Assembly: GCA_052327205.1 (NCBI GenBank)
Contig: CM126222.1
Coordinates: forward strand, 68,014,001-68,078,000
Direction: 5' to 3'
DNA length: 64,000 bases
DNA from: Somniosus microcephalus
Lineage: Eukaryota
Below the pieces are notes generated by a model. It had not been told where the DNA came from. It searched no databases and was given only the letters and a program-made list of their open reading frames with translations. The stretch's first letter is position 1. Each line of letters opens with the position of its first letter. A program made the translations under genes and the position numbers. Below are positions 47,031-60,413 of this stretch, piece after piece.

Positions 47031-48803
47031 GAGGAGGGAGGCTCCATGAATATCCCCATCCTCAATGATGGTGGAGCCCAGCACGTGAGTGCAAAAGACA
47101 AGGCTGAAGCATTTGCAACCAACTTTAGCCAGAAGTGCCGAATGGATAATCCATATCGGCCTCCTCCTGAGGTCCCCGCCATCGCAGAAGCCAGTCTTCA
47201 GCCAATTAGATTCACTCCACGTGATCTCAAGAAACGGCTCAGCGCACTGAATACAGCAAAGGCTATGGGCCCTGACAACATCCCGGCTATCGTGCTGAAG
47301 ACTTGTGCTCCAGAACTAACCGCGCCTCTAGCCAAGTTGTTCCAGTGTAGCCACAACACTGGCATCAATCCGACAATGTGGAAAACTGCCCAGGTATGTC
47401 CTGTCCACAAAAAGCAGGACATATCCAACCCGGCCAATTACCGCCCCATCAATTTACTCTCAATCATCAGCAAAGTGATGGAAGGTGTCATCGACAGTGC
47501 TATCAAGCGGCACTTACTCACCAATAACCTGCTCACCGATGCCTAGTTTGGATTCCGCCAAGACCACTCGGCTCCGGACCTCATTGCAGCCTTGGTCCAA
47601 ACATGGACAAAGGAGCTAAATTCCAGAGGTGAGGTAAGAGTGACTGCCCTTGACATCAAGGCAGCATTTGACCGAGTCTGGCATCAAGGAGCCCTAGTAA
47701 AACTGATGGCAATGGGAATCGGGGAGGAAAACACTCCACTGGCTTGAGTCATACCTAGCACACAGGAAGATGGTTGTGGTGGTTGGAGGTCAATCATCAC
47801 AGCCCCAGGATATCGCTACAGGAGTTCCTCAGGGGAGTGTCCTATTCCCAACCATCTTCAGCTGCTTCATCAATGATCTTCCCTCCAACATAAGGTCAGA
47901 AATGGAGATGTTCGCTGATGACTGCACAGTGTTCAGCACCATTCACAACTCCTTAGATAATGAAGCAGCCCATGCACGCATGCAACAAAACTTAGCTTGG
48001 GCTGATAAGTGGCAGGTAACATTTGCGCCACGGAAGTGCCAGGCAATGACTATCTCCAACAAGCGAGCGTCTAACCACCTCCCCTTGATATTCAACGGCA
48101 TTACCATCACCGAATCCCCCACCATCAACATCCTGGGGGTTACCATTGACCAGAAACTTAACCGGACCAGCCACATAAATACTGTGGCAACAAGAGCAGG
48201 TCAGAGGCTGGATATTCTGCGGCGAGTGTCTCACCACCTGACTCCCCAAAGCCTTTCCACTATCTACAAGGCACAAGTCAGGAGTGTGATGGAATACTCT
48301 CCACTTGCCTGGATGAGTGCAGCTCCAACAACACTCAAGAAGCTCGACACCATCCAGGACAAAGCAGCCCGCTTGATTGGCACCCCATCCACCACCTTAA
48401 ACATTCACTCCCTCCACCACCGACATACCGTGGCTGCAGTGTGCACCATCTACAAGATGCACTGCAGCAACTCGCCAAGGCTTCTTCGACAGCACCTCCC
48501 AAACCCGCGATCTCTTCCGCCTAGAAGGACAAGGGCAGCAGGCGCATGGGAACACCACCACCTCCAAGTTCCCCTCCAAGTCGCACACCATCCTGACTTG
48601 GAAGTATATCGCCGATCCTTCATCGTCGCTGGGTCAAAATCCTAGAACTCCCTCGATAACAGCACTGGGAGCACCTTCACCACACAGACTGCAGCAGTTC
48701 AAGGCGGCGGCTCACCACCACCTTCTCAAGGGCAATAAAGGATGGGCAATAAATGCTGGCCTTGCCAGCGACACCCACATCCCATAAACGAATAAAAAAA
48801 TAA
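47031..48803 (+). mobile_element. 5'-truncated CR1/L2-group (jockey-like RT) LINE inserted in a DeuSINE
   Basis: KAMGPDNIP, NYRPINLL, LDIKAAFDRVWH, GVPQGSVL and MFADD motifs. Premature stop at 47544-47546. A-rich tail. 7-bp TSD ACTCCAG (47024-47030, 48804-48810). Confidence 0.93.
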
Positions 48804-49203
48804 ACTCCAGAGACTTGAGCACGAAAAAAAATCTTGGCTGACGCTCCAGTGCAGTACTGAGGGAGTGCTGCAGTGTCAGAGGTGCCGTCTTTCGGATGAG
48901 ACGTTAAACTGAGGCCCGTCTGCCCACTCAGGTAGACGTAAAAGATCCCATGGCACTATTTCGAAGAAGAGCAGGGGAGTTATCCCCGGTGTCCTGGGCC
49001 AATATGTATCCCTCAACCAACATCACTAAAACACATTATCTTGTCATTGTCACATTGCTGTTCGTGGGACCTTGCTGTGCGCAATTGGCTGCCGCATTTC
49101 CTACATTACAACAGTGACAAGATTTTAAAAAGTACTTCATGTAAAGTGGTTTGGGATGTCCTGAGGTCATGAAAGCGCTATATAAATGCAAGTCTTTCTT
49201 TCT
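48804..49203 (+). mobile_element. 3' part of the split DeuSINE (5' part at 46998-47030)
   Basis: Continues the consensus exactly where the LINE interrupts it (actccag|agacttgagcac). Confidence 0.88.
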
Positions 49204-50391
49204 AAACAGTTTTTTTGGGAAACAGCATGGATTGAAGATAGCAGTTAATGTTATCCATCACTTTTGGTCCATTCAAAATAAAGCCTATGTTTTAAAACCA
49301 CATCCAATAATATAAGTTGGGAACAGCGGCAGGTGCTGGTTAAATGAACAGTTGAGTTAATCTGAATCATTTATTAGTCGAAGTCCGCTGGAATTCAGTG
49401 ATGAATTGACGTGATTGTGAGAGATGGATAGCTTCTTCCTGGAGCAAAGCAGGACAATAGTAAAATGGCACTTTGGAAGCTGGAGATCTCTGTTCCTTTG
49501 AAATTAGAAAAAGTGAAGTTAGATCAAAAGGGACTGGCACTAGCCCATCTTGTAACTATTATTTTTTAAAATACAGTTGGGAACCCCACCAAAAAAACAC
49601 TGCTCTCTGATTTACCACAGCTTCTGATATATAATTCATGTTGTTTGACTCCCTTGTTAATGGCAAACTGATATAAACTGCACCTCATAACAGTCCAACA
49701 ACTGCTAAAGTCTCCATTGGGTTTACTGGATGTTGTGGAAACATCTTTATTTTAAATTCATGTGTTTGAGGAGACTGTGGAAGTGAATGTTTGGTTCTTT
49801 ATATTGGGTAGGAGAGTAAACTCAGGCTGCAGGTCAAATTTCTTCTGAACCGGAACAGTTGCGTGAAGTGGAGCCAAAGCTGAAGAGTTGAGGTTTGGAA
49901 TTAGATTCAAATGCATCTTGGCGCTTCACCAGTCCTTCAGTTTCTGCTGAGGTGGAGGAGATTTAGTTGTTTGGGTTTGATGGATGACGGCTGGCTCATC
50001 CCAACTTTGACTATTAAAATATACTTTAGAAAGAGCTGTGTGCCAGTGGTGAGGTGCTTAATATCTGTAACCTTTTCCACAAACCAGAGTCCAGCACACC
50101 TGTTTTATATGAAACACTGTCGGGTTTCGTCTATGATGCTGGTGAGAAGTGCTCATTTGCAGGTTATGATCTGCATTAGTCACATTCACCTCTATTGACG
50201 TATTGACGGGTGTTTACTGGGGTCTGAATTAGCTGATTTTTGATCAGATCTTGATGAATTTACCCAGTTATAATGAATTTAAATGCCAAATACTATTGCT
50301 AATAAAGGCATCTTTGGTGTGTTTTTCTTTGCTTAATAATGGTTTGTGCATGTAATTACACTAGAAGAACAAGCAACATGATGACATAGGC

Positions 50392-50740
50392 ACGTACAGA
50401 ACTGGTAAAACCATTGAGGGTCCATTCGACTAGTCTCAAAGATTAAAAGAAAAACACACACCCCCCAGTTTTTGACAAAAGACTGTCCAGCTCCCTCTTG
50501 AATTTGCGGGTACTATCCATCTCCATTGCCTCCCTGGGCAGGCGGTTTCATACATTCACCACCCTCTTTGTAAAGCACTTAAATCTAATTGCCCCTGGTT
50601 ACAATGTTTGTGGTTATGTCAAACAATTTATTATGGTTCAGTTTCTCTATGCCCCTTAGAATCTCACATTTTGATCAGCACTCACCCTGAGCCGCCTTTT
50701 CTCCAGTATTGACATCCCCAGTTTCCATAGTCCCTCCTGG
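50392..50740 (-). mobile_element. Old CR1 3' fragment
   Basis: tgtccagctccctcttgaa...ccctgggcaggcggtttcatacattcaccaccctct pattern of antisense CR1. Confidence 0.55.
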
Positions 50741-51144
50741 CCCTTGAATGAGTTTGAATTTGAGCGTCAGATTCAGGTACCAGAGTTCCATTTTGCATTT
50801 GCAGTCACTTAACTGTTCATCTCTGCAAATCTGGGTTGTTCAGGAGTCAGCAGTTCCATGTACCAAGGAGGTTGAGGCTCTAATTGCTAATTGCCTCCTT
50901 TATTGGATGATTTCTGCAATAAGCTCTCTGGATTTTACACAGACAGAAAACACAAAGTTTGCACACTATGCTGCATACTTGAGAAATAGTGAGAATTTTG
51001 ATTCTTTTTAAAAAGAAATGTAAAAAATTAGTTGAAGCAAGAGCCACGCAGGAGGGTTTAAAGTTTAATCCCCGGTTTTGGTAAGTTAGCTGATCTTGGC
51101 TGGGATGCCGATGGGGACGCTAGAGTCGGTTCCCAATATTCCTG

Positions 51145-51242
51145 CGTGTGTCTGTGTCTGGGTGTCTGTGTCTGGGTGGGGGTGTCTGTCTGTGTTTGTG
51201 CCTTTGTCTGTGTGTGTATGTTTGTGTGTCTCTGTGTGTGTA
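51145..51242. repeat. Imperfect (GT)n/(GTCT)n microsatellite
   Basis: Directly visible. Confidence 0.85.
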
Positions 51243-52049
51243 TTAGCTGAGGGTAAGGCAGGGCTTGATTCTGATATCGTCACAACCTCCCTTCCATTGT
51301 GAGGTGTTGCAGCCTGCCGCCACTCACTGTCCAAGTTCACACCTGAAAAATGGCCAATTCGCTGAGGCACTGGAGCGCTGCCGTTGCCTGTGGGATAAAC
51401 ACCGGCATAAGAGCAAAAATCACTGCCTAACCCGGTGGGGATGGCAGGGAGAAATAAAAACCGAGACTGAGCAAAAATCATAACTTGGACTCGATACGCC
51501 GGTCAGCCCTGCGGCTGCAGAAAGGTTGGAGTGTATTTCTATAATTTAATCAGCTTCAGGTTCAAAACAGGAAAATTGGGTTCATGCTACAAGAACAAAA
51601 TTTTTGGGTGTTGGTACAATTAGTGGTGATGAAGAGAACTTGCTGTTCCCTTCCCATGGTTTTTTTTTCTTGGATTGTTCCATAGCTCTGCGTCACAATG
51701 AGCCATCGATAAACAGGAAAGTGGGTCAAAATATTTGGTGTGTCTAAGAAATTCACTCCATTAGAAGGAAGATCCAGGCGCAAGACAGATTGTTGAATAG
51801 CATTTACTATAAGGATTTTTCTAATTACACTCGGTCTACTTAAAGTTATGAAAGTTGCTACATCTATACGGTTTTAAAGTGTTGCCTTTGTCACAACGTG
51901 TAGTTTTTATTCTAAAAAGTCTAGATCTAGAAATACCTAGTTTGAATTGTATACATATTATTTTTCAAGGTGCATGAAACAGTAGTTGTGATTTGTACAC
52001 CAAGTGTAGTGTTCCAGGTTTTGCTCACTTTTGTTTGTTCCTATTGCAG

Positions 52050-52060
52050 GGAAGCGTTAA
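52050..52060 (+). CDS. ASPSCR1: ASPSCR1 terminal coding exon, (G)KR*
   Basis: ttttgtttgttcctattgcag acceptor; G|GG AAG CGT TAA gives ...KMPGKR*, compared with human ...KLPASKR*. Followed by an AT-rich UTR. Confidence 0.85.
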
Positions 52061-52239
52061 GAGGAGGAAAGACATGAGCACTTCAGGGCTGCACATTAAC
52101 TTCAAAGCAAATATCATTGATTGCTTTTTTTTTGATCCGTGAAAGTGCATTGTTTTTGCTTATTTTTGTTTTGGAGTATTGAAAGATCTGAATTTATTAA
52201 TCGTGTAAAAGATTGTTCGAGATTAGCAGGCGTTTTTAC

Positions 52240-52324
52240 AATAAAACGAATGGAAATTCTGCATCGATGGGCCCTGGTTGTGGAGTGCTTCTATTATTTT
52301 GTTTGAATACTTCTGTAAAATAAA
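52240..52324 (+). terminator. ASPSCR1 polyadenylation signals (AATAAA x2)
   Basis: AATAAA at 52240-52245 and 52319-52324, 180-260 nt after the stop codon. Confidence 0.6.
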
Positions 52325-53199
52325 AAAGGTAATGCCAGAAAATAATACTTAGTCAAGTATTAGTCAAGATCAACATGTTCCAAAAAAAATCTTTTGATGT
52401 TGCTGCTTTTCAAGTATTTTGTTTCAAAGCGGATTGGAAGTTGATAAATATATGTTCTTGTGATAATTTGAAATGTTTCCGTGCTGGGCTTCTAGCGAGG
52501 GGAAACCAGTGAGGGGTGAAGATGTGGTACCCTCATAAGTATGAAAGGTGAGTATGTCTGTTAGCGGTCACTGGTTATGCTGTGGTATCTGGTAGCTGCA
52601 CGCCAGATACTGTGGTATGAATTCATTAGACGTCCTGTGCAAAAATGAAGAACAAAACTTGCTTTCATGTTTTCCTTCACCTGCTAGTGCTAGAGGACCG
52701 GAGTGAAAGTGAAGATTTACAACATGCCTCTTAATGATCAGATTCCCCATGAAAAGCGTTCAAATGTCAACAACCTGTTTTGCAGAAATGTGCCAAGACT
52801 CTGGGTCTTCAAATGAAACTTTTTTTTAAAGCTAGAATCTGACCGACACACCCCTCGAGTGACAATTTATACAAGTGATACACATAGAATCTTTTTAGAA
52901 ACCCTGCAAAGGTGAAAGGTCATAAAACGTTGCAGTGAAGAACAAGTTGGCAAAAGTATTTTGAAGGTTAAGTGGTGGAGACAAGAGGTGATTGGGGAGA
53001 TTCTGGATAGAGTGGACTTGATGGTCCTAATGACCTCTTCTCACTCTGAATTTTATATTTTGTATGTTGGTTTTTGCTTTTCAGTTTCACTTCCTGTCAG
53101 TGCTAAACTTTCCCTCAAAAATCACAACACACAATAGTACAACTATAAGATCCAAATCCAATTCTCAACTATTAGTGTTCCATGTTTTAAAAAAAAACT

Positions 53200-53370
53200 T
53201 GATTATCTGGTCATTATCACATTGCTGTTTGAGAGATCTTGCTGTGCGCAAATTGGCTGCCGGGTTTCCTACATTAAAACAGTGACTACACTTCAAAAGT
53301 ACTTCATTGGCTGTCGGGCGTTTTGGGATGTCCTGAGGTTGTGAAAAGTGCTATATAAATGCAAGTCTTT
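53200..53370 (+). mobile_element. DeuSINE 3' fragment
   Basis: Matches 39510-39688. Confidence 0.85.
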
Positions 53371-53937
53371 TTTTTTTCATAATGTTATCAAAGATATAGT
53401 TGAGACTAAAATTATTCACTGATTTAGCAACAGTCACCACCATTATGGTATTCCCATTTAATGTCATGTATGGTTTGGCACCAAGTTTGTGCAGTATTTA
53501 ATATTTTTCTGCAGCGGTTTCCAGACAATTGGTGCTCATTTCAATTTTCAATATACTTGTTACTAGCTTGCATGCTATTACTTGCTCACTTGTTTCACAG
53601 GCAAGCAACCCTTTATGTGTTGGCTTTTGGAGAGTTTAGCACTGAGAATGGCTGAAGTTCTGTGGCATTCTAACAACTGGGGATACAGGTTACCGCTCAT
53701 ATAATAGCTGTGCTTACTTGGAATGAGATGCCTTGGTGACCAAGAATTTGAGCATTTTATATGCTGGAGACCATGTATTTTCTGGCTGGGCTTAGCCGGC
53801 TAGATTGCATATTTAAACTTCTGTATCAACATAAAAGATATTAGAATTACTATTCCGTTTTTCATAATGTTATGGGAACTGTCTGCTTTAATTTTAACCA
53901 AGACTTTTGCAACTAATGGGTATAGCTGAACTGTTTA

Positions 53938-54222
53938 GCCCTGTGCTCACTGACCTACATTGGCTCCTGGCTCACCAACGCCTCTTTTAAAAAAAAATTC
54001 TCATCCTCGTGTTGAAATCCCTCCCTGGCCTAACCTCCATTTAACCTCCTCCAGCCCTACATCCCACCACCCCCAGAACTCTTGAGTTCCTCCAACTCTG
54101 GTCTTTTGTGCATCCTCCCCACTTCCTTCGTCCCACCACTGGTGGCCGTGCCTTCAGCCATCTAGACGCTAATTTCTAGAATTCCCTCCCTAAACCTCTC
54201 AGGCCCTCCAACTCTCCTCCTT
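53938..54222 (+). mobile_element. L2 LINE 3' fragment
   Basis: PVLTDLHWLL..., homologous to the reverse complement of 5950-6220. Confidence 0.75.
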
Positions 54223-56524
54223 TTGGATCTTTTCAGAGCTTCATTACTTGGAGGTCACAAGACATTAACTGATTTTTTTTGGAGTTCTTTGTTGTGCTGT
54301 CATTAAAGATAATTTGATACAGGTTTGGTTACATTCTTAGGAATGTATGTGCGTGTTAAGATATACATGTGTATGTCTCAATCCATGGATACCAGGATCT
54401 GCTCAACAGTTCAGTCAGTAACTGCACTTGTTACAAAAAAATGATAACAGGAAGAGAGGAACAGAATGAAATGAGAGGATAGCAAAATACTGAATGAAAT
54501 GAGAAAAGGGAGTTTGGTAAAGAAGGTTCAAAGGTTGAAAATAGACTTTCATCCTTATCCTAATAAAAATATACATTGAAATCATATGCTATGAGCTCTT
54601 TAATCAACTGGTACAAAGAGGGTCATTGTACTTGTATACAGAATATGAATCCTTGTATATACTTAAAAAGTGCTTATTATCTAAAGGGGGTATGACACTC
54701 TTCCGTGTTAGTAAATGTACTCCTTCCATCGGCCTCTACTAGTGTGGTCCTTTCACTGATGCCTGACACGTTCTTCTAAACCAAACACCACTTTGGTCTA
54801 GCTGAATGAACTTCAAAGTGTTTGGAGAACCCCTGTGTTCCTGGCACTTGCCATTGTCTTGCAGCTTGGCTCTCTTTTTCCCTGAGGTCTAATTACTTCC
54901 AACTGCTCACAACGCTTTGAAGTGGCGAGCACGCTCAAAGCACCTGCCACAATCTGTAAAGTGCAGGTGGGGGGAAAAGCAGCAAGCCAGGCTGAACTCT
55001 CACCAGGTCCTCCATACTGGACCACTGCTGGGCTAATGTAATCCCCCTTCCATGAGGAACAGGACCTAACAACAGTATTTTGTCAATCTAAATTAGCTAG
55101 TTCTGATACGTTCTTATAATACTGCAGGATATTTCGTTCACGCAGGTAATACTGACATTTGTACATAGTCAATTCTTCAGAATTTTACAGCAGCCTTACA
55201 GTGCATATGAATATTTAATTGCAGTAACTTGGCCAGTGTAGTGTAATTATGTGTCTTATTGCTTGTAAGCTGTATGGGTATGTTTTTGGGAAATTCAGGG
55301 ACAACTGGTAAATTGCCCATGGGTTTGCTCACAGTCAGTTGATGACCACAAGACATTTTATGTAAAAGATGCTGTTGGAGTTGGGAAAGACTTCAGGAAA
55401 TTGCTCCACCGAGCCACCTTGTGGCCAGAACCTGCAACTACACTGTGACCATTGACTTACTAAAGTATGACCAAAAATTGTGACAGCATGAAGTGAGGTT
55501 TGTGGACAAGTAGTACATGCCCCACACACTATTTTTAACATATAGATCTCATTTCACTGTTGGTTCCCTTATAGAGGGACATTGTTTCTCTTTGGGGAGT
55601 GTTAGCCAGGCTTGGTTCCTGTCAAAGCCTACTCTATAAATTGCATTTCTTTTAGTGAGTGAAGAGAGAATTTGACTGTATTACAATGTGGGCTTGGCTG
55701 GAAATCGGGACTTTTTTTAAACGGGACCTTAAACATGAGGGATAACGGGAATGAAACTTTCTGCTTTACATTCCAACTGATAATGGCATCAGGAACTCCC
55801 CGATCAGGTGTACAGGTTGTACAGCCTGTATAACTGTCCTTGCACTGTCGTCTATGTTTCACAGTCCCCCTGCCCACTCCACATACACAAACAAACCATA
55901 TTGACGTGAATCTTAATTTTTCAGTTTAGTGTTCAATTTCTGCTGCTTCCTTTTCAATAAAAATCCCTCTTTTTACCACCACCCCCTGACAGGGAATCTC
56001 TTTACCCACTAGGACATCAGGCAGTTTTTACTTCTGCAGGAGATTGATTCTCGCTGGAAACTGAAGGTTATACTTATTTTAATTCAGACTTCTGGAGACT
56101 TTTAAATAATTTCTCTAGACTAATTTCAAACCCAGATTCTTAAGCGAACCAAGTGATCCAACCGACTGTATGAAATGATTAAAAGGAATTTAGAATTCTG
56201 CACTTGGCAGACTTCTTGAATGACCTGAAGGCTTACTCTAATGCACATCTCCAAAAAGGATTGCATTATGTGGTATGTATTTGGATTCCAGCGTTAGTGA
56301 CTCAATTTTGAGTGCCCACTCAGTCTTTTCATGTTGCTTTGGTAGCCCTAACCTAATCGTTGCCTTTTGATTAGCCATAAAATTTTCCAGCTGTGATTTG
56401 CTTTCTAGATGGTGTGAATTTAAAGTGTGCAACACAATAACAACTGCAGTAAAGTGATTCCAAAACAGGTTCAATAGTAAAGAACTAATTGCAACGACTA
56501 ACTGCCATGTATGGTCTAGTATAA

Positions 56525-56853
56525 GGGCAGCACGGTGGCATAGTGGTTAGCACTGTTGCCTCACAGCGCCAGGGACCCGAGTTCGAAACCGGCCTTGGGC
56601 GACTGTCTGTGTGGAGTTTGCACATTCTCCCCGTGTTTGCGTGGGTTTCCTCCCACAGTCCAAAGATGTGTGTGTTAGGATGATTGGCTATGATAAATTG
56701 ACCCTTAGTGTTAGGGGGATTAAATACGTGGGGTTACGGGGATAGGGTGGGATATGTGTTGGTGTAGGGGTTACGGGGTTCGGGTGGGATATGTGTCGGT
56801 GCAGGCTCGATGGGCCAAAATGGCCTCTATCTGCACTGTGGGGTTTCTGTGAT
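56525..56853 (+). mobile_element. HE1-type V-SINE
   Basis: GGGCAGCACGGTGGCATAGTGGTTAGCACTG head, V-domain GTGTGGAGTTTGCACATTCTCCCCGTG, CR1-type tail. Confidence 0.9.
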
Positions 56854-57639
56854 AATCAGAATGTGATGGCAAACTAAGTTCTGTTGCAAAATATTGGTGT
56901 AAAAGCACATGTACGTAATGTTGCACAAGCGGGTTTTTTTTTGTTGCTACATAACTGAAGCCAAGTTTCCTTCCAGCACTGCTCAGTACTGGTAAGTTGC
57001 ATGAGTTTAGCTGGTTAAATTCCAACACGATCCCCACCTACACGAGTGGCTCCTTATGTCTTGATTCTTCCAAACCTGGGCTTGGGTAAGTGGGATGTGT
57101 CCCTGCCAGGAAAGACTGCACTCTAATAGAGCAAACAGAAACTCTTTGTACTGAAGCTTGATTTGGAAAATCTTAAACATTTACATCATCAAACAGCGAA
57201 AACAGGGTTGTTGATTTGGCCATTATATCTAATGTATATATGCATGTACTGACCTCAACGGGAACATTGGAATGCAGAGAATGAAGACTCTTGACATTTA
57301 CCTTTTTAGGGTCCAATCTGCCAAAGTGGTGCATTTTGGGACCAGCAGCCACAGCAGAAGCACTCTCATGAAAATCATGGCCTTAGTTACAGCCAAGTCC
57401 ACACAATACAGTATGAATGTAAGTTAGTCCATTCCATCATCTGACTTGACCAATTCCATTAAATAAAGCCTGGGTTGTAGCAGTCTGTACAATCAGCTTT
57501 AATACCCCCAGATTAGGTTGAGGAAAAGCAGACGGGATTCTGGCTTTTGAGCACTAGCTGGTGACCCCTGCAGGAAACTATGTGGATGAACATCTGCTGC
57601 GATCGGCTAGTCGGCTTGGCATAATCTACTCTAGGGTCC

Positions 57640-57995
57640 TAGAAAGATAGGAGTAGGCCATTCGGCCCTTCGAGCCTGCTCCGCCATTCAACGAGATCAT
57701 GGCTGATCATCCAAACCCTAGCACCCGGTCCCTACACCGACAGCCATCCCACCCAAGCCCTATCCCCATAACCCCACATATTTAATCGCCCCTAACACTA
57801 AGGGTCAATTTTTTTTATTATCATGGCCAAGCAACCTAACCCGCACATCTTTGGACTGTGGGAGGAAACCGGAGCAAACCCACGCAAACACGGGGAGAAT
57901 GTGCAAACTCCACACAGTCACCCGAGGCCGGATTTGAACCCGGGTCCCTGGCGCTGTGAGGCAACAGTGCTAACCACTATGCCACCGTGCTGTCC
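57640..57995 (-). mobile_element. HE1-type V-SINE with a different CR1-derived tail
   Basis: Same head and V-domain on the minus strand; the tail matches the CR1 tail at 29583-29650. Confidence 0.9.
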
Positions 57996-59784
57996 TAAAG
58001 CTTGCTGCTACGCATCATTGTGAGCTTGCACGTGAATGGCCACTTGAGCATGGTACTAGAGTGCTTTGGCACCTGTAGACTTTACCCCATGGCCAATCAA
58101 ACCTTTAACAGTGGAAGTGGGGAGAAAAGTGGCACAAAAGAAAAATTAACAACTGTAGTTACAGCTGTTGCTGGATAATAAGTTTTGAGATCTGCTAATT
58201 GATAGTGGGAATACAGACATTATACTAGCCTTCTCTTCGTATAGATTGATCAAGTGCCTTGTTCCCATACGATGTGGAATTTCTTTACAATCTTAGTTCT
58301 ACCTACAAATAGGGTGACCCTGTAACTACACATGAAATCAGTACTCCTGTTTTAGGTGAGGCAGGGTAAGAGAATTGAACTAAAAGCTACACACTCGAGA
58401 CTTGCACATTTGTCTGGATAAATAACTAGCCAAGTGAAAAAGTTGGATTTGCTATTGAATCCGAGCACAAATCTACAAGATCCACGTTAAAATAAAAGAT
58501 AGATTTACAGTATTCTCTGCCATGGATACCAGATATGGCAATGTGACATGAGAGCATCTGAAATGCACAAACAATTGTCTGTGGGCGCCTTGTGGTTTCA
58601 CGATGGTGTAAATGTCATTGGTGGATGGCAACATTTGGTGTTTACTGCATGATTTTTCTTGTGTGTTAGGATTAAGGGGAGTTAGCTTAAGTTTTAAAGT
58701 TCAGGGGTAGCTTGGAAGCAGCATAATGAATCAAACTAACATGAAAATAGTTCACAATGGGAGTTATCTCATGTCCATTAAAAATCAGATACATTTGCTG
58801 GAAATTTAGGGTGGCAGTGAAGTTACAGCCCAGTTAATTGTGCCACTCAAGGCAAGAATAGTGTGGTGTGAGGTACAGAGGCTATAGATGCTCCTAGCTG
58901 GAACCAAGCCCCCAATGAAGTTGCCTTTAGCTGCAGCACTAGTGCACATGAATAAATGCTCAAGAAGGGACAGTGAGTGTGAAATCAGGTTGGTTAACCA
59001 TTAGTTTGCTGAACAGGTTTCCAATTTCTTGCCGGAAACATGCATTTCAGAGGACGGTCTTATTGCTGAACTCCCTTGAGAGAAGGTGAGAAATCAACTG
59101 TTACAGGACCACATGGAGCTGGACTTCGTCTTCACCTGGTATAGGAATTTCATTAATGCCTTGTAAGGAAATAGGATGGACCAGTATTTGCACAGGGAAC
59201 GCAGGTCCATGCACCTGTCAGCCCCTATTAATGAGTTGCCCGCTCCCTATCACAGCTGAAAACCAAAAATGTCCCCCATAAACTCCCTCAAGGAATATTT
59301 GCAATATAAAGGGTGCAAAAATGAATGGTGGTATAGTCGCTATACTTCTGTGAATTATACCCAACCCGAGGATTACCTTGTATCATCTGCAAAATAGGAA
59401 AAAAATGGTCCATTTCACTGCACTGATGTCTCTTACCACAGAAGAAAAAGTGTGGTGTGATAATGCTGATTGCTCCCGAATCAAAACTGAAGGGCTATGC
59501 AATTTTAAAACAAACCTTTGTGTGGTGCCAGAAGCAGGATAAGTACGAACAATGTGTAAAGATTATTTTGTAGATCAGTTTAAAGCATATCTCCCTTCAC
59601 TGTTCGTCTCCCTTTCCCATTTGATCTGCAAGAAACTTCTTTCCAGGGTGCAGTGATTCACTTAAGCGGAGCCATTTGTCAAAGAACCTAACCTATAAAA
59701 GTTATTCAATGTAGGTGTTCCTATTGCTCAAAGTGTAAGAACAGAGATAAGTAAAACTGCCTAAAATAACAATTAACCGCTGGT

Positions 59785-59790
59785 TTTAAT
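59785..59790 (-). terminator. Candidate CENPX poly(A) signal (ATTAAA)
   Basis: Minus-strand ATTAAA with TGTA just upstream and a T-rich tract downstream, about 625 nt after the LLDF stop. Confidence 0.4.
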
Positions 59791-60384
59791 TTTTGTACAA
59801 AAAAAGTCTTGATTACAAAAAGCACACAGCCAACAATACTGACGGCAAAATCATTTACTTTGTCTTCTCTTCACTCTTCAGCTGGTTTCTTGTACTGTGA
59901 ACCTTGAGCCTTCACCTAGGTGTCTCAGTAACCACGCCATTGAATGTTTAACACTAGAAGTTATAAATTGGTGTTTGTTGAATCTTAGCTTCCAAGCAAC
60001 TGTCTTAAACTTTTTACAACCCACTTCCTTAAGACTGTCTTAAAAAACTGATCCACGTGCGGACCGAAGTTTGAAACCCCATAGTTTAAGGGCACGATTC
60101 TACATTCTGCTCCAGTGGTACCATGCACCTCTCGCATCTTTTTCAAAATGTATACAAGAAAAAAATCATTTTTGATTTAATAATGATCAGTTCTGAATAG
60201 TTATGGTAATGAGCAAAGAAACAATAGTTCATAAAATATCTACAATATATATCCACCATATTTAACTTGTGAACAAGTACAGCCTTTCGCAGTCCCATCA
60301 GTTCTATTACAATGACTGGTTTCAATAACTGGTGTTGTAAATGAAGCAACCATATCGTTCTCCAACTGGTTAAATGTTATAGAT

Positions 60385-60400
60385 CTGCACCACCTAGTGG
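60385..60400 (-). promoter_or_regulatory. CTCF-like motif
   Basis: Minus strand CCACTAGGTGGTGCAG closely matches the CTCF core CCASYAGRKGGCRS. Confidence 0.5.
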
Positions 60401-60413
60401 AAACAAGTCAATC

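Noticed and set aside
54813-55541. Minus-strand ORFs with acceptor-like sites (possible extra gene between ASPSCR1 and CENPX)
   Set aside because: No recognisable protein similarity and no consistent exon chain.
56525-56600. tRNA gene
   Set aside because: The A/B boxes belong to a SINE head that continues into the V-domain and LINE tail; the same applies to the DeuSINE heads.
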